A stretch of 64,000 nucleotides of DNA from an uncultured Methanosarcinaceae archaeon (GCA_963727895.1 CAVSHT010000003.1:224001-288000), one strand, 5' to 3'. Counted from the first letter of the stretch, positions 21,642-33,760 are shown. The notes: a model not told the origin generated them from the letters alone. Made by a program: numbers and translations.

Positions 21642-22970
21642 TTACACCTCCGTTCCGATCCAGTTAGCAATGTCAACAGGCTCTGCCTCAATTGAACCAA
21701 AGAGAGTCTGAGTGATCTGTTTCAGGGCAGCTACCGAGGTTGGGTGCATCATCATGAAGAGATCGTTTCCTGCAATAGCAAGGGATAGACCTGTGACAAT
21801 TTCCCAGATAGGACCTCTGTATTCTCTCGGGCCCCAGTCAGAATCCTGTCCTAATGGAGAGCTAACCATCCAGGACTCACGAGCACCCCATGCGTTGGTA
21901 GTACCAGAGGACATTGGGAAGGTCAGTTCTTCATCACCCATAAGGGCTGCAAGGCGGATACGCTCCATGTTGGTGTAAGCATAGTCGAGACCATAACCAA
22001 GTGCGGCAGTGGTTGGGTCCATGATAATTCTGTCTCTTGGAACGTTACACTGTTTCATGAGCTTTCTGTTCAGTTCCTTCTGGGCATTCATATCTAGCTG
22101 GGTCCAGGAAAGGACATCGTGGTCGTACTTTACTGCGGCTTCTGCAATCTTGGCGTAGTCCAGATTCAGGCTGGCAGATGCAATGAGGCAGCGCTCGCCT
22201 TCAGCAACTTCTGCGGCTTTTGCAAGAACCTCTGGGTCTTTCTGTGGGTTACCAGAACCACCGATTGCGATTGGCACATCAACAGCCTGCAAGACTTCTT
22301 CTACAGTCTTGGCTGCTTCCTTTGCCGGTGTGTCTTTAACCAGTGGATCGGTTGAAATAAGGTGGATTGTTATCATGTCGGCGTTGAACTTTTCAACGTT
22401 CTTCTTTGCCCATTCTCCTGGGCTATCCATGACCTCATCGTAGTTCTCCTTGACAGCTTTTGCAAGCCCGATTCTCATATCGAATACATCAATGGTAACC
22501 TGGTTCCTGTTGGGCATTGGAGCATCAGGGAAGAATGGAAGGGCTTTTTCGCCACCAACCATCACTCTCTTGCCACGGCTTCCGCCATCTGCAGAGGTGT
22601 TACCTATTGGGACTTCCTGAATAGGGGTTGCCCATTCTGCAAAGTTTTCAAAACTGAATTTAGAAGGAATTAAATCCTTAAGTTTTGGAGCTGCCAGAGC
22701 AGGGGAAATTGCAGGAGCAGCTGCGGGAACACCAGCTGCAGGGGCACCAAAGCCTACAGGGACACCGAAAACACCAGCAAGTCTTGCGAAGTGCTGTGCA
22801 AGTACCGCATTTTCCTGTCCGAGGATAGCAGCAAGCATCGGGTCAAAACCGCCTCCAAGTCCACTGAGATCAATCTCAATGTCCCCTTCTATGGTTACAC
22901 CTTCAAGAGATAGTATGTCTACGTCCTTGAACATGTCTGTCAATTCTGATAACTTCTTTTTGTTTGCCAT
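21642..22970 (-). CDS. cdhD: ACDS delta subunit (corrinoid Fe-S small subunit)
   Basis: [28 protein letters not shown]; start placed at ATG 22970 after a GGTGAGGT RBS. Confidence 0.95.
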   Translation of the reverse strand: MANKKKLSELTDMFKDVDILSLEGVTIEGDIEIDLSGLGGGFDPMLAAILGQENAVLAQHFARLAGVFGVPVGFGAPAAGVPAAAPAISPALAAPKLKDLIPSKFSFENFAEWATPIQEVPIGNTSADGGSRGKRVMVGGEKALPFFPDAPMPNRNQVTIDVFDMRIGLAKAVKENYDEVMDSPGEWAKKNVEKFNADMITIHLISTDPLVKDTPAKEAAKTVEEVLQAVDVPIAIGGSGNPQKDPEVLAKAAEVAEGERCLIASASLNLDYAKIAEAAVKYDHDVLSWTQLDMNAQKELNRKLMKQCNVPRDRIIMDPTTAALGYGLDYAYTNMERIRLAALMGDEELTFPMSSGTTNAWGARESWMVSSPLGQDSDWGPREYRGPIWEIVTGLSLAIAGNDLFMMMHPTSVAALKQITQTLFGSIEAEPVDIANWIGTEV

Positions 22971-23216
22971 GTAAACCTCACCTTTTCCGTAATTTTTCCG
23001 TTTTGATGAGTTATTGTATAAATAAAGATACAATACAGACTTTACTTCCAGATTCTTTCCTTATATGGAAAGAAATATTGGGGGAGAAGTAAACCTGCTC
23101 CGTTATTTCATATGATTTTGAATGTCGGTTCAAGCCCATAAAACGGGCAAGAGGATCTTTTTCTCTTCTCAGCACACACGGTTTTCTGCAATCTTACAAA
23201 TTCAAAAAAACTGGGA

Positions 23217-23990
23217 TTAGAATCCCAGCTTTTTTACGATACTTTCGATTTCTACTGCAGCAATCGAGTCATCAGAGATTTCGAAGAGAGGTATGCCTTT
23301 TATATCCATTTCCTCAATTTTCGGATCGAGGGGGATCATACCTATCATATTAAGTTTCAGGTCCCCGGCCAATTTGACAAGCTTATCGCGGTTAGTATCT
23401 GTAACCTTGTTTGCAATAACGTGAATCTGACCAATATTTGAGTCCAGTTCATCCACGAGTTCATGAATTCTTTCAGCAGTCCTAAATCCCCTTCGAGAGG
23501 CGTCTGTTACGACAATAAGATCATCTATGTCCCGAATTATTTTCCGGCTGAAATGTTCAAGCCCAGCCTCTGCGTCAATGATAACTACATCATAATTCAT
23601 GATCAGTTTATCCATGATGCCCCGAAGAAGGTTGTTTACATAACAATAACAACCTGACCCTTCGGGTCGGCCCATGACCAGGAGATCATAGCCCGGCATT
23701 TCTTCAATGATCTCATAAATCTTGCTTTTGAGTACGGCTTCTTTATTCATATCGGGATTGTCAGGCCTTGGTTTGGTGATTTCGGCCTGTAAATACTCCT
23801 TTGCATCTCCGATTGTTTTTACGTTCTCACAGCCAAGAGTCTCAGGAAGGTTAGTGTCTGCATCTGCATCAACTGCCAATAGAAACTTACCTTTTTTGGA
23901 AAGGGAGCGGATCAGAAGAGCCGCTACCGCTGTTTTACCAGTCCCACCTTTTCCCGTTATTGCAATTACCTTTGTCACAAAATACCCCAT
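23217..23990 (-). CDS. cooC: CODH/ACS nickel-insertion ATPase (CooC/AcsF family)
   Basis: GKGGTGKT deviant P-loop, GRPEGSGCYC, DAEAGLEH; located within the cdh operon. Confidence 0.9.
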   Translation of the reverse strand: MGYFVTKVIAITGKGGTGKTAVAALLIRSLSKKGKFLLAVDADADTNLPETLGCENVKTIGDAKEYLQAEITKPRPDNPDMNKEAVLKSKIYEIIEEMPGYDLLVMGRPEGSGCYCYVNNLLRGIMDKLIMNYDVVIIDAEAGLEHFSRKIIRDIDDLIVVTDASRRGFRTAERIHELVDELDSNIGQIHVIANKVTDTNRDKLVKLAGDLKLNMIGMIPLDPKIEEMDIKGIPLFEISDDSIAAVEIESIVKKLGF

Positions 23991-24038
23991 CGGATTGTTT
24001 TTCGTCTTAGATGATTATCTGTAGTCATCTAACTACGT

Positions 24039-25463
24039 TTATTCCTTCTTCTCTCTGATGGTCATTTTTTCAATGGTGATCTTTGCCTTCTTGAAGGTGA
24101 TCTTAACTCCACCAGCTTTACCACCAGCAGGCATCATTGGCATTGAAGCCATTGCAGGCATCTGGAAACCGGCTGCAGGCATCATCATAGGAGCTGCTGC
24201 AACGGCTACTTCCTCTTCTTCCTCTTCTTCTTCCTCCTCTTCTTCCTCTTCTTCCGCAGCTGCCCAGCTGGCAACTACAGGATGGTTCTTCTCTGTCAGG
24301 AAAGCTTTCAAGGATTCAATGTCAGTTGCATCGTTTTCAGTTGCTATCTTGTCTATAATGTCTGCAGGGATGGTTTCGGCAATCTTTTCCTTGAGCATCG
24401 AAGGTAGCCAGACAACTCTGTTCCAACCGCCATCAGCCTGGATGAACTTTGGAGAATAGAAATAAGCTACACCTATACCGAGGAAACCTACTATCTGCTT
24501 TCCACCGCCTGTCTGACCTGCCATAGTGGAGAATCCAAGGCCGTTAGGGGCCATTCCCTGATATTCTCTGTTAACCCAGCCGATACCATCAACTTCAGGA
24601 ATGTAGAATCCTACTACTTCAAAGCAGCCACAAGAGGTGTGTGGGGAGTCGAAGAAGGAGTGAAGTTTAATTTTGCTAAATTCTCCACTTGAAAGCTTTA
24701 CAGCAATGTCGTTGACACCAGAGTATTCACCGGTATTGGCATCAATAAGTTCACCCTTTTCAATTGCGAACTGTGGGCCTTCTGGGTCTACTTTTGCTGC
24801 TGCACGACCGTCGAACCAGTTGATTGCACCACAGAGAGAAACTCTGTCAGGAGAAACTACACAGACATTGGTTGGAGCAAAAGACTGGCAGAGAGTACAT
24901 CCATAGAAGACATCGACATCCTCATCGCGGAGGTCTTTTGTCCTGGCATCTCTTGCCTTGAAAATCTCTTTTGCCTCTACCATCTTCTTCTCTACTTCTT
25001 CTTTGTCGGTATAGAAGATCACCTGCATTTTCTCGATAAATGGCAGTTCTGTCTTAAAGAGCATCATGACGGCTTTTCCGAAGGGCTCAAAAGAGTCCAT
25101 CTTTCCAGCTGTGTCCTTAGAAACTCTCATCCAGACATCATACCTCTGATTCAGGTGCATAATGCCCTGGCAGTAGTTAATGAAGTCATGGACACGCCTT
25201 TCGACGACAGACTCAAGGTCAGGTTCTACAAGTTCTCCACCGATGTTGAAGATCATTGCCCATGGGTAGGTTTTGCCCTCTTCCATATCTTTAAGATCGG
25301 GACCAATAATTGTAACCTTGTCATCTTCAATTGCGTCCATGTCTGCTGCTCTGACAAGTTCCAAACCCAGAGACTTTGGGCCACCGAGTTCAACGAACAT
25401 TCCTTCTTTTCTTACTCTTTCTCCTTCAAACATTGGGGAAATCTCAAATGGGAATTCTGCCAT
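24039..25463 (-). CDS. cdhC: ACDS beta subunit (acetyl-CoA synthase)
   Basis: CTLCQSFAP, SLCGAINW, HTSCGCFE A-cluster ligands; acidic E15 linker. Confidence 0.97.
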   Translation of the reverse strand: MAEFPFEISPMFEGERVRKEGMFVELGGPKSLGLELVRAADMDAIEDDKVTIIGPDLKDMEEGKTYPWAMIFNIGGELVEPDLESVVERRVHDFINYCQGIMHLNQRYDVWMRVSKDTAGKMDSFEPFGKAVMMLFKTELPFIEKMQVIFYTDKEEVEKKMVEAKEIFKARDARTKDLRDEDVDVFYGCTLCQSFAPTNVCVVSPDRVSLCGAINWFDGRAAAKVDPEGPQFAIEKGELIDANTGEYSGVNDIAVKLSSGEFSKIKLHSFFDSPHTSCGCFEVVGFYIPEVDGIGWVNREYQGMAPNGLGFSTMAGQTGGGKQIVGFLGIGVAYFYSPKFIQADGGWNRVVWLPSMLKEKIAETIPADIIDKIATENDATDIESLKAFLTEKNHPVVASWAAAEEEEEEEEEEEEEEEVAVAAAPMMMPAAGFQMPAMASMPMMPAGGKAGGVKITFKKAKITIEKMTIREKKE

Positions 25464-25488
25464 TATTATTCGCCTCCTAAATCAAAAG

Positions 25489-26001
25489 TTATAATGCGTT
25501 AATAAGTTCATCCAGGGCAGCATAGTGGTCTGCCTTACTCAGGTTCCCAAAGGAAATTGTTGCGTTCTGGATATAATTTCTGTCAATTGCTATTGCTTTT
25601 ACATCTGAAAAGTTCTTTGTTCCGGACAGTACCTGATTAATATAGTATTTTATGTGTCCCAAAACAATGAGTGTATCATAGGTTCCGTTACCATCTAGCC
25701 CTGGCCAGTTAGGGTCAGTTACATAAAAGCCGAGCTGGTGCAGGTTGATGTACTTGGCATTAACATCCTTGTCCACAAAGCCAGGCATTGAGCTGCCAGT
25801 TGCTGCAATAGGGATGTTTTTTGCTTTTGCAATCTTCACTGCCCTGTCAAGGAGTTCAGGGTCAAGTATTTTAGTCCCAACCACAAGAAGTGGCCTCTTT
25901 GCCTTTGATATCAACTTAGCTGCTATCTCAGGGGTGGTCACTTTGGAAGTTGTTACTCCGTAACTGGTGAAGAGCTTGGTGTTTTTGGTAGTGTCTACCA
26001 T
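25489..26001 (-). CDS. cdhB: ACDS epsilon subunit
   Basis: [18 protein letters not shown]; lies between cdhA and cdhC; ATG 26001 after GGGGGT. Confidence 0.95.
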   Translation of the reverse strand: MVDTTKNTKLFTSYGVTTSKVTTPEIAAKLISKAKRPLLVVGTKILDPELLDRAVKIAKAKNIPIAATGSSMPGFVDKDVNAKYINLHQLGFYVTDPNWPGLDGNGTYDTLIVLGHIKYYINQVLSGTKNFSDVKAIAIDRNYIQNATISFGNLSKADHYAALDELINAL

Positions 26002-26003
26002 TT

Positions 26004-28427
26004 TCAGACCCCCTTGCAAAGTCTCTTGAGGTTAGTTGGCTGTGCTGAGACATCGAACTTGATCTTCGGACCAGAGATAATTTTCTTCCTCTTCCAGTCT
26101 ATTTCCCAGCCGTGCTCTGTTTCCAGTCTCTTGAGAAGTGATTCACGCTTGGCAAGTGGGAGGTCAGCTTCGGTTCTGACGAACTTCCACCAGTCTTCAG
26201 GCTCTACACCGAGGTACTTCAAGGAAAGCTCCATCCAGTGGGTCAGCTTTATAGATCTGCCCATGCTGTTGTCGGACGGGCGGATACAGGCTTTTGCCAT
26301 CATTGGGATTGCTTCCTGCCAGGTTTCTGCAGTTGTCAACAGGAATTCCGGTGCTGGTGGGATATTCATCTCTGAGCCGTCTCTGGCATCATAAACTTTC
26401 CACTTTGACTCATCATAATTCTTGGCAATCAGGGCTCTTCTGTACTTGGAACCGTGGGGGCCGAGAACTGCCGGAATACCATATATATTACATCCGGTAC
26501 CGATTGCAGCTGCCTTCTGTGAGTATCCACCCCAGGCAAGTCCACATGCACCTACACGATTGAGAGTGTAGTCTGCAATTTCAGCAAGGTTCCCTGCCAT
26601 GGTTCTCTGGGCAAAGATTCCGGCAACTTTCTCTGCGGCTCCACTGATATGTGCATTGGACACGCAGGAACCAGTGTTAAGCAGTCCACCGCCTGCGAAT
26701 GTGCCAGGGTACTTTTCGTAAAGGGTCTTGCCTTCTTCATCCTTGTACATGCCAATGTCCATTGCGGAACATCCGCTCACAGCCAGGAGGTAGTTTCTTT
26801 TCAGGAACTCTTCGGCAATGAGATAGACATCTTTAGTACCGGCTGGATAGTTGGGGCATCCGATGATTGCGATGATGCCTGGGGTAGTTCCCATAACGAG
26901 GTTCAGGCCTTCTTTCCTGATTTCCGCGTCACTTGCCTGTCCTCTTCCGGCTCTGACCAATCCTTTCTCTTCGCTGATAGCCTTCTGTGCAGCCTTCTCA
27001 ATTACGTTCAGGATTGGGATTTCTTTCTTACATACCTGTTCGCAACGGCGGCATCCGATACATACATCGTGAAGGGCTTCGAGGTACTCGTAGCTTCCCT
27101 TCGATGCATATTCCAGAGCTTCTGGAATATCAAGCTCTTCTGGACATGCAAGCAAGCATTCTCCGCACTTGACACACTTGTCAACGTATTCCTTGAATTC
27201 CTCATCACTCGGGATTGCTGTTATGCCTTCTGCGTCGCGGATTGGAGCCATTACATTAGCAAGCTTAGGGACAAGTTCTCCAAGCTTTTCATAGTTAAGC
27301 ATTACACAACCAGGAATTGCTCCTGACTTTAATTCCTCAATTATTGAATCCACATCTGCGTCTGTACGGTCCGGTAGGCCCATCATGATCTTTTCATTGG
27401 AAGCGATAACAGGGATCTTGAGCTTCTGGGATTCTGACAGAACATCACCGCGGACGCACTGTTCGTCGACAACAATTACATCAGGCATTCCGGAACGAAT
27501 AACCTTCAGTTCTTTGGCCAGGGATCCTACGATCTTTGCGTATGGAGCTCTCCTGTCAGCCTCCTTATATCTGGTCATATCGAATGCAGTACAGCAAAGC
27601 CCGGCAATTTCCATCTTGTCGGTCAGGTTGTTGTCTTCCATATAGTCCATAATATAAGTTACACCAGCAACATTGTGTCCTATTGCGACAATAAGCGGCT
27701 TGGACTTGTCTATGGATCCCATGCCGATTTCTATAAGTGGGGCTTCAGGGTCAGCTTTCGGGAAATCATATGCTGAAACTTGGGCAATGTCAGAAACTTC
27801 CATTCCAACGTGGTCAAGACTGCCGCTGAAAAGAGCTTTTGAATCATAGTCAATTTCTGCGCTTTCCTGTCCTGCGTGGATAGTTGCAAGGAGCTGAGTG
27901 AGCTCTTCTTCAACGTACTCCATTGGAGCTCTACATTCCCCAAGGGTCTTCGGACTATAGCCTGTACAGATTGTGACATTTGGTGTCAGGACATTAGATT
28001 CTCCAAGATTAATTGGGTAGTCTTCACCAAAGACCTCTATCACATGTTCAAGCAGGTGACGACCATGTGCAGCGTGACATGCAGTACCTGTAATTACACG
28101 AAGGAAGAATTCCCTTCCTGTGTGGCCTGCCATGTCAATACCACAGGCACCTCTCTTGTTTTTAGATAGGTCACATGGTCCATAAGTACAGTAACAGCAC
28201 TGATCACACATGGGGGTTAATACAGGCTCATAGCGGTTGAGCAGGAGGAAGTTCCAGTCATTTCTATAAGCTGCCATATTTGCCAGAGGAGTCGGACCCC
28301 TCGGGCCAAGTTCTTCCTCTTTTGTTTCTTTGGCAACCTCCTTTGCTGCACCTACAATATTATTAATAGTGATCTGAACGGATTCCAGATCTTCTATAGA
28401 AAAACTCCCGGTAGTTAGTTTGCTCAT
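26004..28427 (-). CDS. cdhA: ACDS alpha subunit (CO dehydrogenase)
   Basis: [24 protein letters not shown], two ferredoxin CxxCxxCxxxC motifs, GSCVSN. Confidence 0.97.
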   Translation of the reverse strand: MSKLTTGSFSIEDLESVQITINNIVGAAKEVAKETKEEELGPRGPTPLANMAAYRNDWNFLLLNRYEPVLTPMCDQCCYCTYGPCDLSKNKRGACGIDMAGHTGREFFLRVITGTACHAAHGRHLLEHVIEVFGEDYPINLGESNVLTPNVTICTGYSPKTLGECRAPMEYVEEELTQLLATIHAGQESAEIDYDSKALFSGSLDHVGMEVSDIAQVSAYDFPKADPEAPLIEIGMGSIDKSKPLIVAIGHNVAGVTYIMDYMEDNNLTDKMEIAGLCCTAFDMTRYKEADRRAPYAKIVGSLAKELKVIRSGMPDVIVVDEQCVRGDVLSESQKLKIPVIASNEKIMMGLPDRTDADVDSIIEELKSGAIPGCVMLNYEKLGELVPKLANVMAPIRDAEGITAIPSDEEFKEYVDKCVKCGECLLACPEELDIPEALEYASKGSYEYLEALHDVCIGCRRCEQVCKKEIPILNVIEKAAQKAISEEKGLVRAGRGQASDAEIRKEGLNLVMGTTPGIIAIIGCPNYPAGTKDVYLIAEEFLKRNYLLAVSGCSAMDIGMYKDEEGKTLYEKYPGTFAGGGLLNTGSCVSNAHISGAAEKVAGIFAQRTMAGNLAEIADYTLNRVGACGLAWGGYSQKAAAIGTGCNIYGIPAVLGPHGSKYRRALIAKNYDESKWKVYDARDGSEMNIPPAPEFLLTTAETWQEAIPMMAKACIRPSDNSMGRSIKLTHWMELSLKYLGVEPEDWWKFVRTEADLPLAKRESLLKRLETEHGWEIDWKRKKIISGPKIKFDVSAQPTNLKRLCKGV

Positions 28428-28832
28428 TTGAGCTTTACCTCCTAAATTTGTTTAAAGTCGACTTCACCAAGACGATTGCAATTGTTATAATCGGCATATT
28501 CTTCATGATTATACATTATATATTTTGCCGTCTACTTAAAGCTACAATCGTTTAAGTAAATGCTTTTCTGGTAAGACGCTTTTAGATATTTCTTTAAACT
28601 TTTAAGTATTATACCAGCGTTTTTTCAAATAAAGCGTTTTTAAAGGAAATATTTCCTTACAAAAGTCGTTTTTAGGGTTTAATATGCTCTACAAAATTGT
28701 TTTTACGCCCTGTGTCTCAAAAAAACTGTTTTTGCCAACGATTGAGACCTTAATCCTAAGCAGAGGTCGCTACCGATGGATAATAAACACTAACTAAATC
28801 TCTTAATGTACCAAATCTATATAACATTTTCT
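28428..28832 (-). promoter_or_regulatory. cdh operon promoter and long (about 370 nt) 5' leader
   Basis: Minus-strand TATA TTATATA at 28818-28824 with purine-rich BRE upstream; RBS AGGAGGT before cdhA; long regulatory cdh leaders are established in Methanosarcina. Confidence 0.6.
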
Positions 28833-29913
28833 AATTTGTAACGCGTTATTTCGTTAGGAAGATAAAGGAAATATCGAAATCAGTAGACTTTACAAATTTG
28901 TTTAATTTATCTATTCAAAAAATGTAGTTGAGCCGGATGATGTCGATTTTTTATTATGCCTTTTTTTGGTACATTTATTTTTCTATTATGTGTTACTATT
29001 TGTTATAAATCATACTCTTTTTTACTTTAAAAACAAAAAAGTATAAAATTATTTATTACTGAATATTATATTAATCTTTAATTAAAAACCATTTTTCCTG
29101 AAAGTATCTTGTATTATATTTTCTATAATTATTAATTCCTATTTATATTTGCAATGTAAATAATCAAATGAAAACTTATTTATAGGCTTAGGGCTCCCCT
29201 GCAGATTTACACTGTGAACGCTGTAAACGGTTTTTGGAGTCATCCTAAAAAAACATACCTATAATCTACTCTTTTTAAATATTAATTTAAATATTTTTCA
29301 ATTTAAATAAAATCCATCTCAATTTATATAGACATTGGTTTATTCTTTGAGTGATCATTTCTGAACCTCTTAGTTACATAAAAAATGTAAGAGCATCTTA
29401 AAGGGTCGAATTCAACTTCTTTCCTTTCAAATTTGAGTTTATCTAATTAAAACTATCATTTAAAAATAAACTGATATATTTAGATATAATCTTTATAAAT
29501 AAGGTGAATTTAAACCAATGTATCCAGAATTTACTGGCTTGAATTTAAAACATTTATATTCTAATCTATTCAATTTGATTTTACAATTCTTTCTAAAATT
29601 AGTATTTTACTTCAAATATTGCATATAACATGTATTTACGTTTAGTCAGCATTTCAACCTTTAAAGATAAAGTTATACGCAGTTAAAAGTATTCTAATAA
29701 TTAAATATTATTTAATGGCTTTGTATGCGAATCTGTACTTCGGAAGTTAATCTATTACTTTTGGGACCGATTATGCACTGATATTAAAATCTCTGCCAAC
29801 GATCTAATCTGTAATGGTTTTGAATTTAAATCGGTCTTATACAATATTAAACCGGAGAGTTATTGAAAATATGTTTAAACTTAATACATTTTACATTCCA
29901 GGAGGTGAAATCG

Positions 29914-30538
29914 ATGGCAGGTAAAAATTCTGTTTTTGCAAGCCCTTCGATGGTAATCATTGTTCTTTGCGTACTTTCGTTCTTATTAGAAATGATTCCG
30001 GGCATAGGTGAAATATACATAAGCGTTTTTCAGTTTGATCCTTCTTCTCTTATGACAAGGCCTTGGACGCTTATTACATATATGTTCTTGCACAGTGGTT
30101 TGGTTCATCTTTTTCTCAATATGCTTGTCCTGTACTTCTTTGGAACAGCATTTGAAAGACGTGTTGGAAACAAACAGCTTCTAGCAGTTTTTTTCACTGC
30201 AGGAGTTCTATCGGCAATAGGATATGCTTTCCTGAGCAGGCCCATTTTTAATATCTCTCCTGGCGCGATGATTGGTGCAAGTGGAGCTATTTATGGAGTT
30301 TTTTCAGCTCTTGCAATACTTGAACCAGATATGCTTGTCTATGTCTACTTTGTTCCAATGAAACTAAAATCATGCCCTGGTGCTTTTTGCTCTAATTGAT
30401 TTTCTGATGGTAAACTCATCGGATATGATCGCTCATACCGCTCACCTTAGTGGAATATTTGTAGGCATCTATATGGGTTTCCGTATCAAGAAAATTCAGG
30501 AAAATGCTCTTAGAGCTAGGTATATTGGCAGGTGGTAA
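29914..30538 (+). pseudogene. Rhomboid intramembrane serine protease, +1 frameshift near 30370
   Basis: GGAGGTGA RBS; PWTLITYMFLH, HLFLNM and GASG catalytic Ser in one frame; IAHTAHLSG catalytic His in the next frame, ending TAA 30536-30538. Confidence 0.85.
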
Positions 30539-30954
30539 GTTTGGAAAGGGATATACTTCTCAAGGGCGCTTCTTACTATCCCAGGCCTGCACCAGAAGAA
30601 AAAATCCCTATTCAAGTCTTGAATTTCAGAAAGCTATTTGCAGCCTGGTCTCCAGAACTGAAAAAGACTCTGTATTTTGAAATAAAGCCTGAAGAGGAAA
30701 ACCTGAAACGAATACGGGAAATTACTCTTCTCCAAATATATGATTGGCTTGCAGGTAGAGAAGGATTAATAGAGGTAACTGACACAGAATTTAAGCAGTT
30801 TATGGAAGTTTATAAGGCTTTCTTAACTAAGCTTGGAGAAATCCAATACTTTCGGCGTAAAAGAGGGAGAAAAATCGAAAATTTCTTTGAGCTCAAGGAA
30901 TTTCCGTATGTTATTCGGGAAGTAAAAAAGGGGTTCTTTTCCGATAAATTATAA
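30532..30954 (+). CDS. Hypothetical protein
   Basis: 140-aa ORF coupled to the rhomboid stop; start could be TTG 30541. Confidence 0.7.
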   Translation: MVSLERDILLKGASYYPRPAPEEKIPIQVLNFRKLFAAWSPELKKTLYFEIKPEEENLKRIREITLLQIYDWLAGREGLIEVTDTEFKQFMEVYKAFLTKLGEIQYFRRKRGRKIENFFELKEFPYVIREVKKGFFSDKL

Positions 30955-31084
30955 TAACTAATGTACTTATATCATAATGTATTTTTTTAGATCGGAACCT
31001 TATCCTGCATGAGTTTCTTTCTATCCTTTATCCGGAAAAATTTCTGATTTCCAATTAGATATTTTCCTGAAGGCTAAAACCGTA

Positions 31085-31824
31085 GGCATTGGTAAACAAA
31101 AATAGTTATATACTATTAGAAAGTATATTTCTTCATTAACTGCCCAAAATGTAATAATTCCAGTCACAAAAAGAATGGTATAGTTGGTGGGCGTCAACGC
31201 TACAAATGCTCTGATTATGGCTATAACTATACAGTAGAGCTAAAATCAACTGCTTTTTCCGCCTCTGTAAAAATACAGGCTTTACAACTCTATCTTGAAG
31301 GATTGGGCTTTCGCTTAATAGGACGATTTTTAGGGGTAAGTCATGTTTCTGTCCAAAGATGGATAAAGAAATTTGGTCAAGAGTGAGAGGACCTAAAAAG
31401 TGAAAATGAGATATCTATTGTTGAAATGGATGAGATGCACACTTACATCGGTAACAAAAAAAATATTGCTGGATCTGGATTGCTGTTGATAGAGTTGGGA
31501 AAAAGTTCATCAACTGCTCTTTTGGTAGCAGAGGAACGGAAACTGGAAAACTACTCTGGGAAAAATTGAAGAAAAAAGAGATTGGAGAAGTGATGACAGA
31601 TCACTGGAGAGCATATGCAAAGTTTCTTCCAGAAAAGATCCATACTCAATCAAAAGCAGAAACGTATACTGTTGAAGGATATAACAGCATATTGAGGCAT
31701 TTTCTGGCAAGGTTGAGAAGAAAGACAAAGTGTTATACGAAGAGTCTTGAAATGCTAAAGTACTCGGTTATTCTATTGATGAAATAAAGAAATAAAGAAC
31801 TAGATATATTTAAGTAACAATACC
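31085..31824 (+). mobile_element. IS1-family element, copy 2 (defective)
   Basis: GGCATTGGTA ... GTAACAATACC ends; start codon ATG>ATT; same TGA as copy 1; TSD AAACCGTA/AAACTGTA. Confidence 0.93.
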
Positions 31825-32141
31825 AAACTGTATACTTTGATTGCCTTATTATGCAAACGTTTTACTACAGAAAAGCAGATATAATGTATCTATAATGTAT
31901 CAATCGGATTGTAAAATCGGATTGTATGCAAGTTGTAGTATTAAATATTTGAATCTTATAATTTCGGAACTTAAAACCTAAGAACTTAAAACCTAAGAGT
32001 TAATGACTGAAATCTAAACTTTGCACCAGTAAATTGGAAAGTTGTTGAAAGCGTAGCTTCTTCTCTGAGTTGGTGCTGTATTGCTATTGTGTAAATATAT
32101 ATTAGGTGCAGGTTCCGTGAACTGGAATATCACAGAGGACA

Positions 32142-32732
32142 TTGATAATGAAACCTGTAAAAAGCGGAATTGATTCCATCTCAAAATATCTCCGCTCGAA
32201 AAAAGAAGTTGGCAGGCGGAAAATAGGACTTTTAGTGGATGGTCCTAATATTCTCCGAAAAGAATTTGACGTAAATCTTGAGGAGATAAGAGACGTCCTG
32301 AAAGATTATGGAAACATCAAAATAGGGCGCGTTTTCCTTAACCAGTACGCCTCTGACAAGCTTGTGGAAGCTATAGAAAATCATGGGCTTGAGCCTATAA
32401 TTTGTTCCAGCGACGTTGATGTACGTCTCGCAGTAGAAGGTATGGAGCTGGTATATAATCCTAATATTGACACTCTTGCTATTGTAACCAGGGATGCAGA
32501 CTTCAAACCGTTGTTAAATAAAGCAAACGAACACGGCAAAGAAACCATCATTTTCGGGGTTGAACCCGGGTTTTCTACCGCGCTCAAGAATTCTGCTGAC
32601 TATGTTATTCTTATGAAAAAAGACAAGATGAGTAGTTATGACGAGTCCGATGGGATGAGTTCAGGTGAAAGAAAAGTTAATACATCGGAATATCAAGACG
32701 GGATGTATGAGGAATCCATAGAAAAGACGTAA
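32142..32732 (+). CDS. NYN/LabA (DUF88) PIN-like domain protein
   Basis: LLVDGPN, SDVDVRLAVE, TRDADFKPL, GFSTALKNSAD. Confidence 0.9.
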   Translation: MIMKPVKSGIDSISKYLRSKKEVGRRKIGLLVDGPNILRKEFDVNLEEIRDVLKDYGNIKIGRVFLNQYASDKLVEAIENHGLEPIICSSDVDVRLAVEGMELVYNPNIDTLAIVTRDADFKPLLNKANEHGKETIIFGVEPGFSTALKNSADYVILMKKDKMSSYDESDGMSSGERKVNTSEYQDGMYEESIEKT

Positions 32733-32760
32733 TTCCGCCTTTATCATACTTTTTCATTTT

Positions 32761-33738
32761 TTAAAGGTAATCAACACTTATGCCCAGGATCTCTTTTTCT
32801 CCGGCAAAGACATCCCGTGCTATTTCGGCACATCCGATTGCAGCGTGCCACTTCCCAAGGCACTGACATTCTTGTCCCAGATGTGCATGAATTTTTTTCT
32901 GCACATATTCAAATTCTCCTACAGACCCTGCAAGAAATATTTCTCCTCTTGTTTCGTAGTCTTTGAGAAGAAGCTGCATTGAAACGATCTCCATAGCCGC
33001 AAATAATGCAATAGTATCTAGAGCGAGGAGGGCAGGACTTTCTCCTTTCATGGCTGCACTAAGCAATTCCTCTCTGTCTTTATATGGAGTCATTTTCAGA
33101 GTTCCTGCTTCTATGAAAGCCTGATTTGCAGTAATGTACCCGCTGTCCACATCTCTAATAGCTTGCAAATCAAGAGGACCATGATGAACACCTGGAGCGA
33201 ATATGCAGGCATCAATTGCACCAATTACCTTGCTATTGGCTATGGCAAGAGTAACAGTGTTTGAGCTTATATCGGATACCACGAAATTCTTATAGCCAAG
33301 GCAAAAAATGTGGTAAGCAATTCCAAGCTTTTCTGGGCTTGTAAGGTGGGAAAATACTTTCATTCTAGAATCTACTTTGCTATCTTTATGAATACCAGGG
33401 ATTGCTATCGCCGAAATTCCAGAGTTTCGGATGGCATCAAAAACTCTTGTTCCTCCTCCTGTCTTTTTCCCGGCTCCTTCAATACTCTTAAGTCCTCTTC
33501 CTTCCAGGCTCTTAACATCCTTTATTGTTGAAAAGCCATCCCCCATCGAGTACGTTAGTGCGATCAGATCAATTGCTTCACGCCGTACTCCTAAATTATT
33601 CTCAAGAGAGGTCAGAATCTCATTTTCAGACATGGCAGCTGCTTCAGATCTCTCAAGCTCAAAGGTCTGGATTTTTTCTCCTTCTATTAGAGCAAAACGC
33701 ATTGCAGTTGTGCCATGATCAATCCCTATAAATGCCAA
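32761..33738 (-). CDS. Methanogenesis marker 12 protein (ASKHA-like fold)
   Basis: FIGIDHGTT, TYSMGDG, GAGKKTGGG, SDISSNTVT, GAIDAC. Confidence 0.85.
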   Translation of the reverse strand: MAFIGIDHGTTAMRFALIEGEKIQTFELERSEAAAMSENEILTSLENNLGVRREAIDLIALTYSMGDGFSTIKDVKSLEGRGLKSIEGAGKKTGGGTRVFDAIRNSGISAIAIPGIHKDSKVDSRMKVFSHLTSPEKLGIAYHIFCLGYKNFVVSDISSNTVTLAIANSKVIGAIDACIFAPGVHHGPLDLQAIRDVDSGYITANQAFIEAGTLKMTPYKDREELLSAAMKGESPALLALDTIALFAAMEIVSMQLLLKDYETRGEIFLAGSVGEFEYVQKKIHAHLGQECQCLGKWHAAIGCAEIARDVFAGEKEILGISVDYL

Positions 33739-33760
33739 TTACTTGTCTCTCCTTTATGCC

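Noticed and set aside
24210..24254. Poly-Glu (E15) tract in CdhC
   Set aside because: Acidic linkers are a known feature of Methanosarcina ACDS beta subunits
26649..27326. Long antisense ORFs over cdhA and other core genes (also 5556-6020, 37022-37531, 39154-39687)
   Set aside because: Shadow frames of strongly codon-biased genes with no recognisable motifs or RBS
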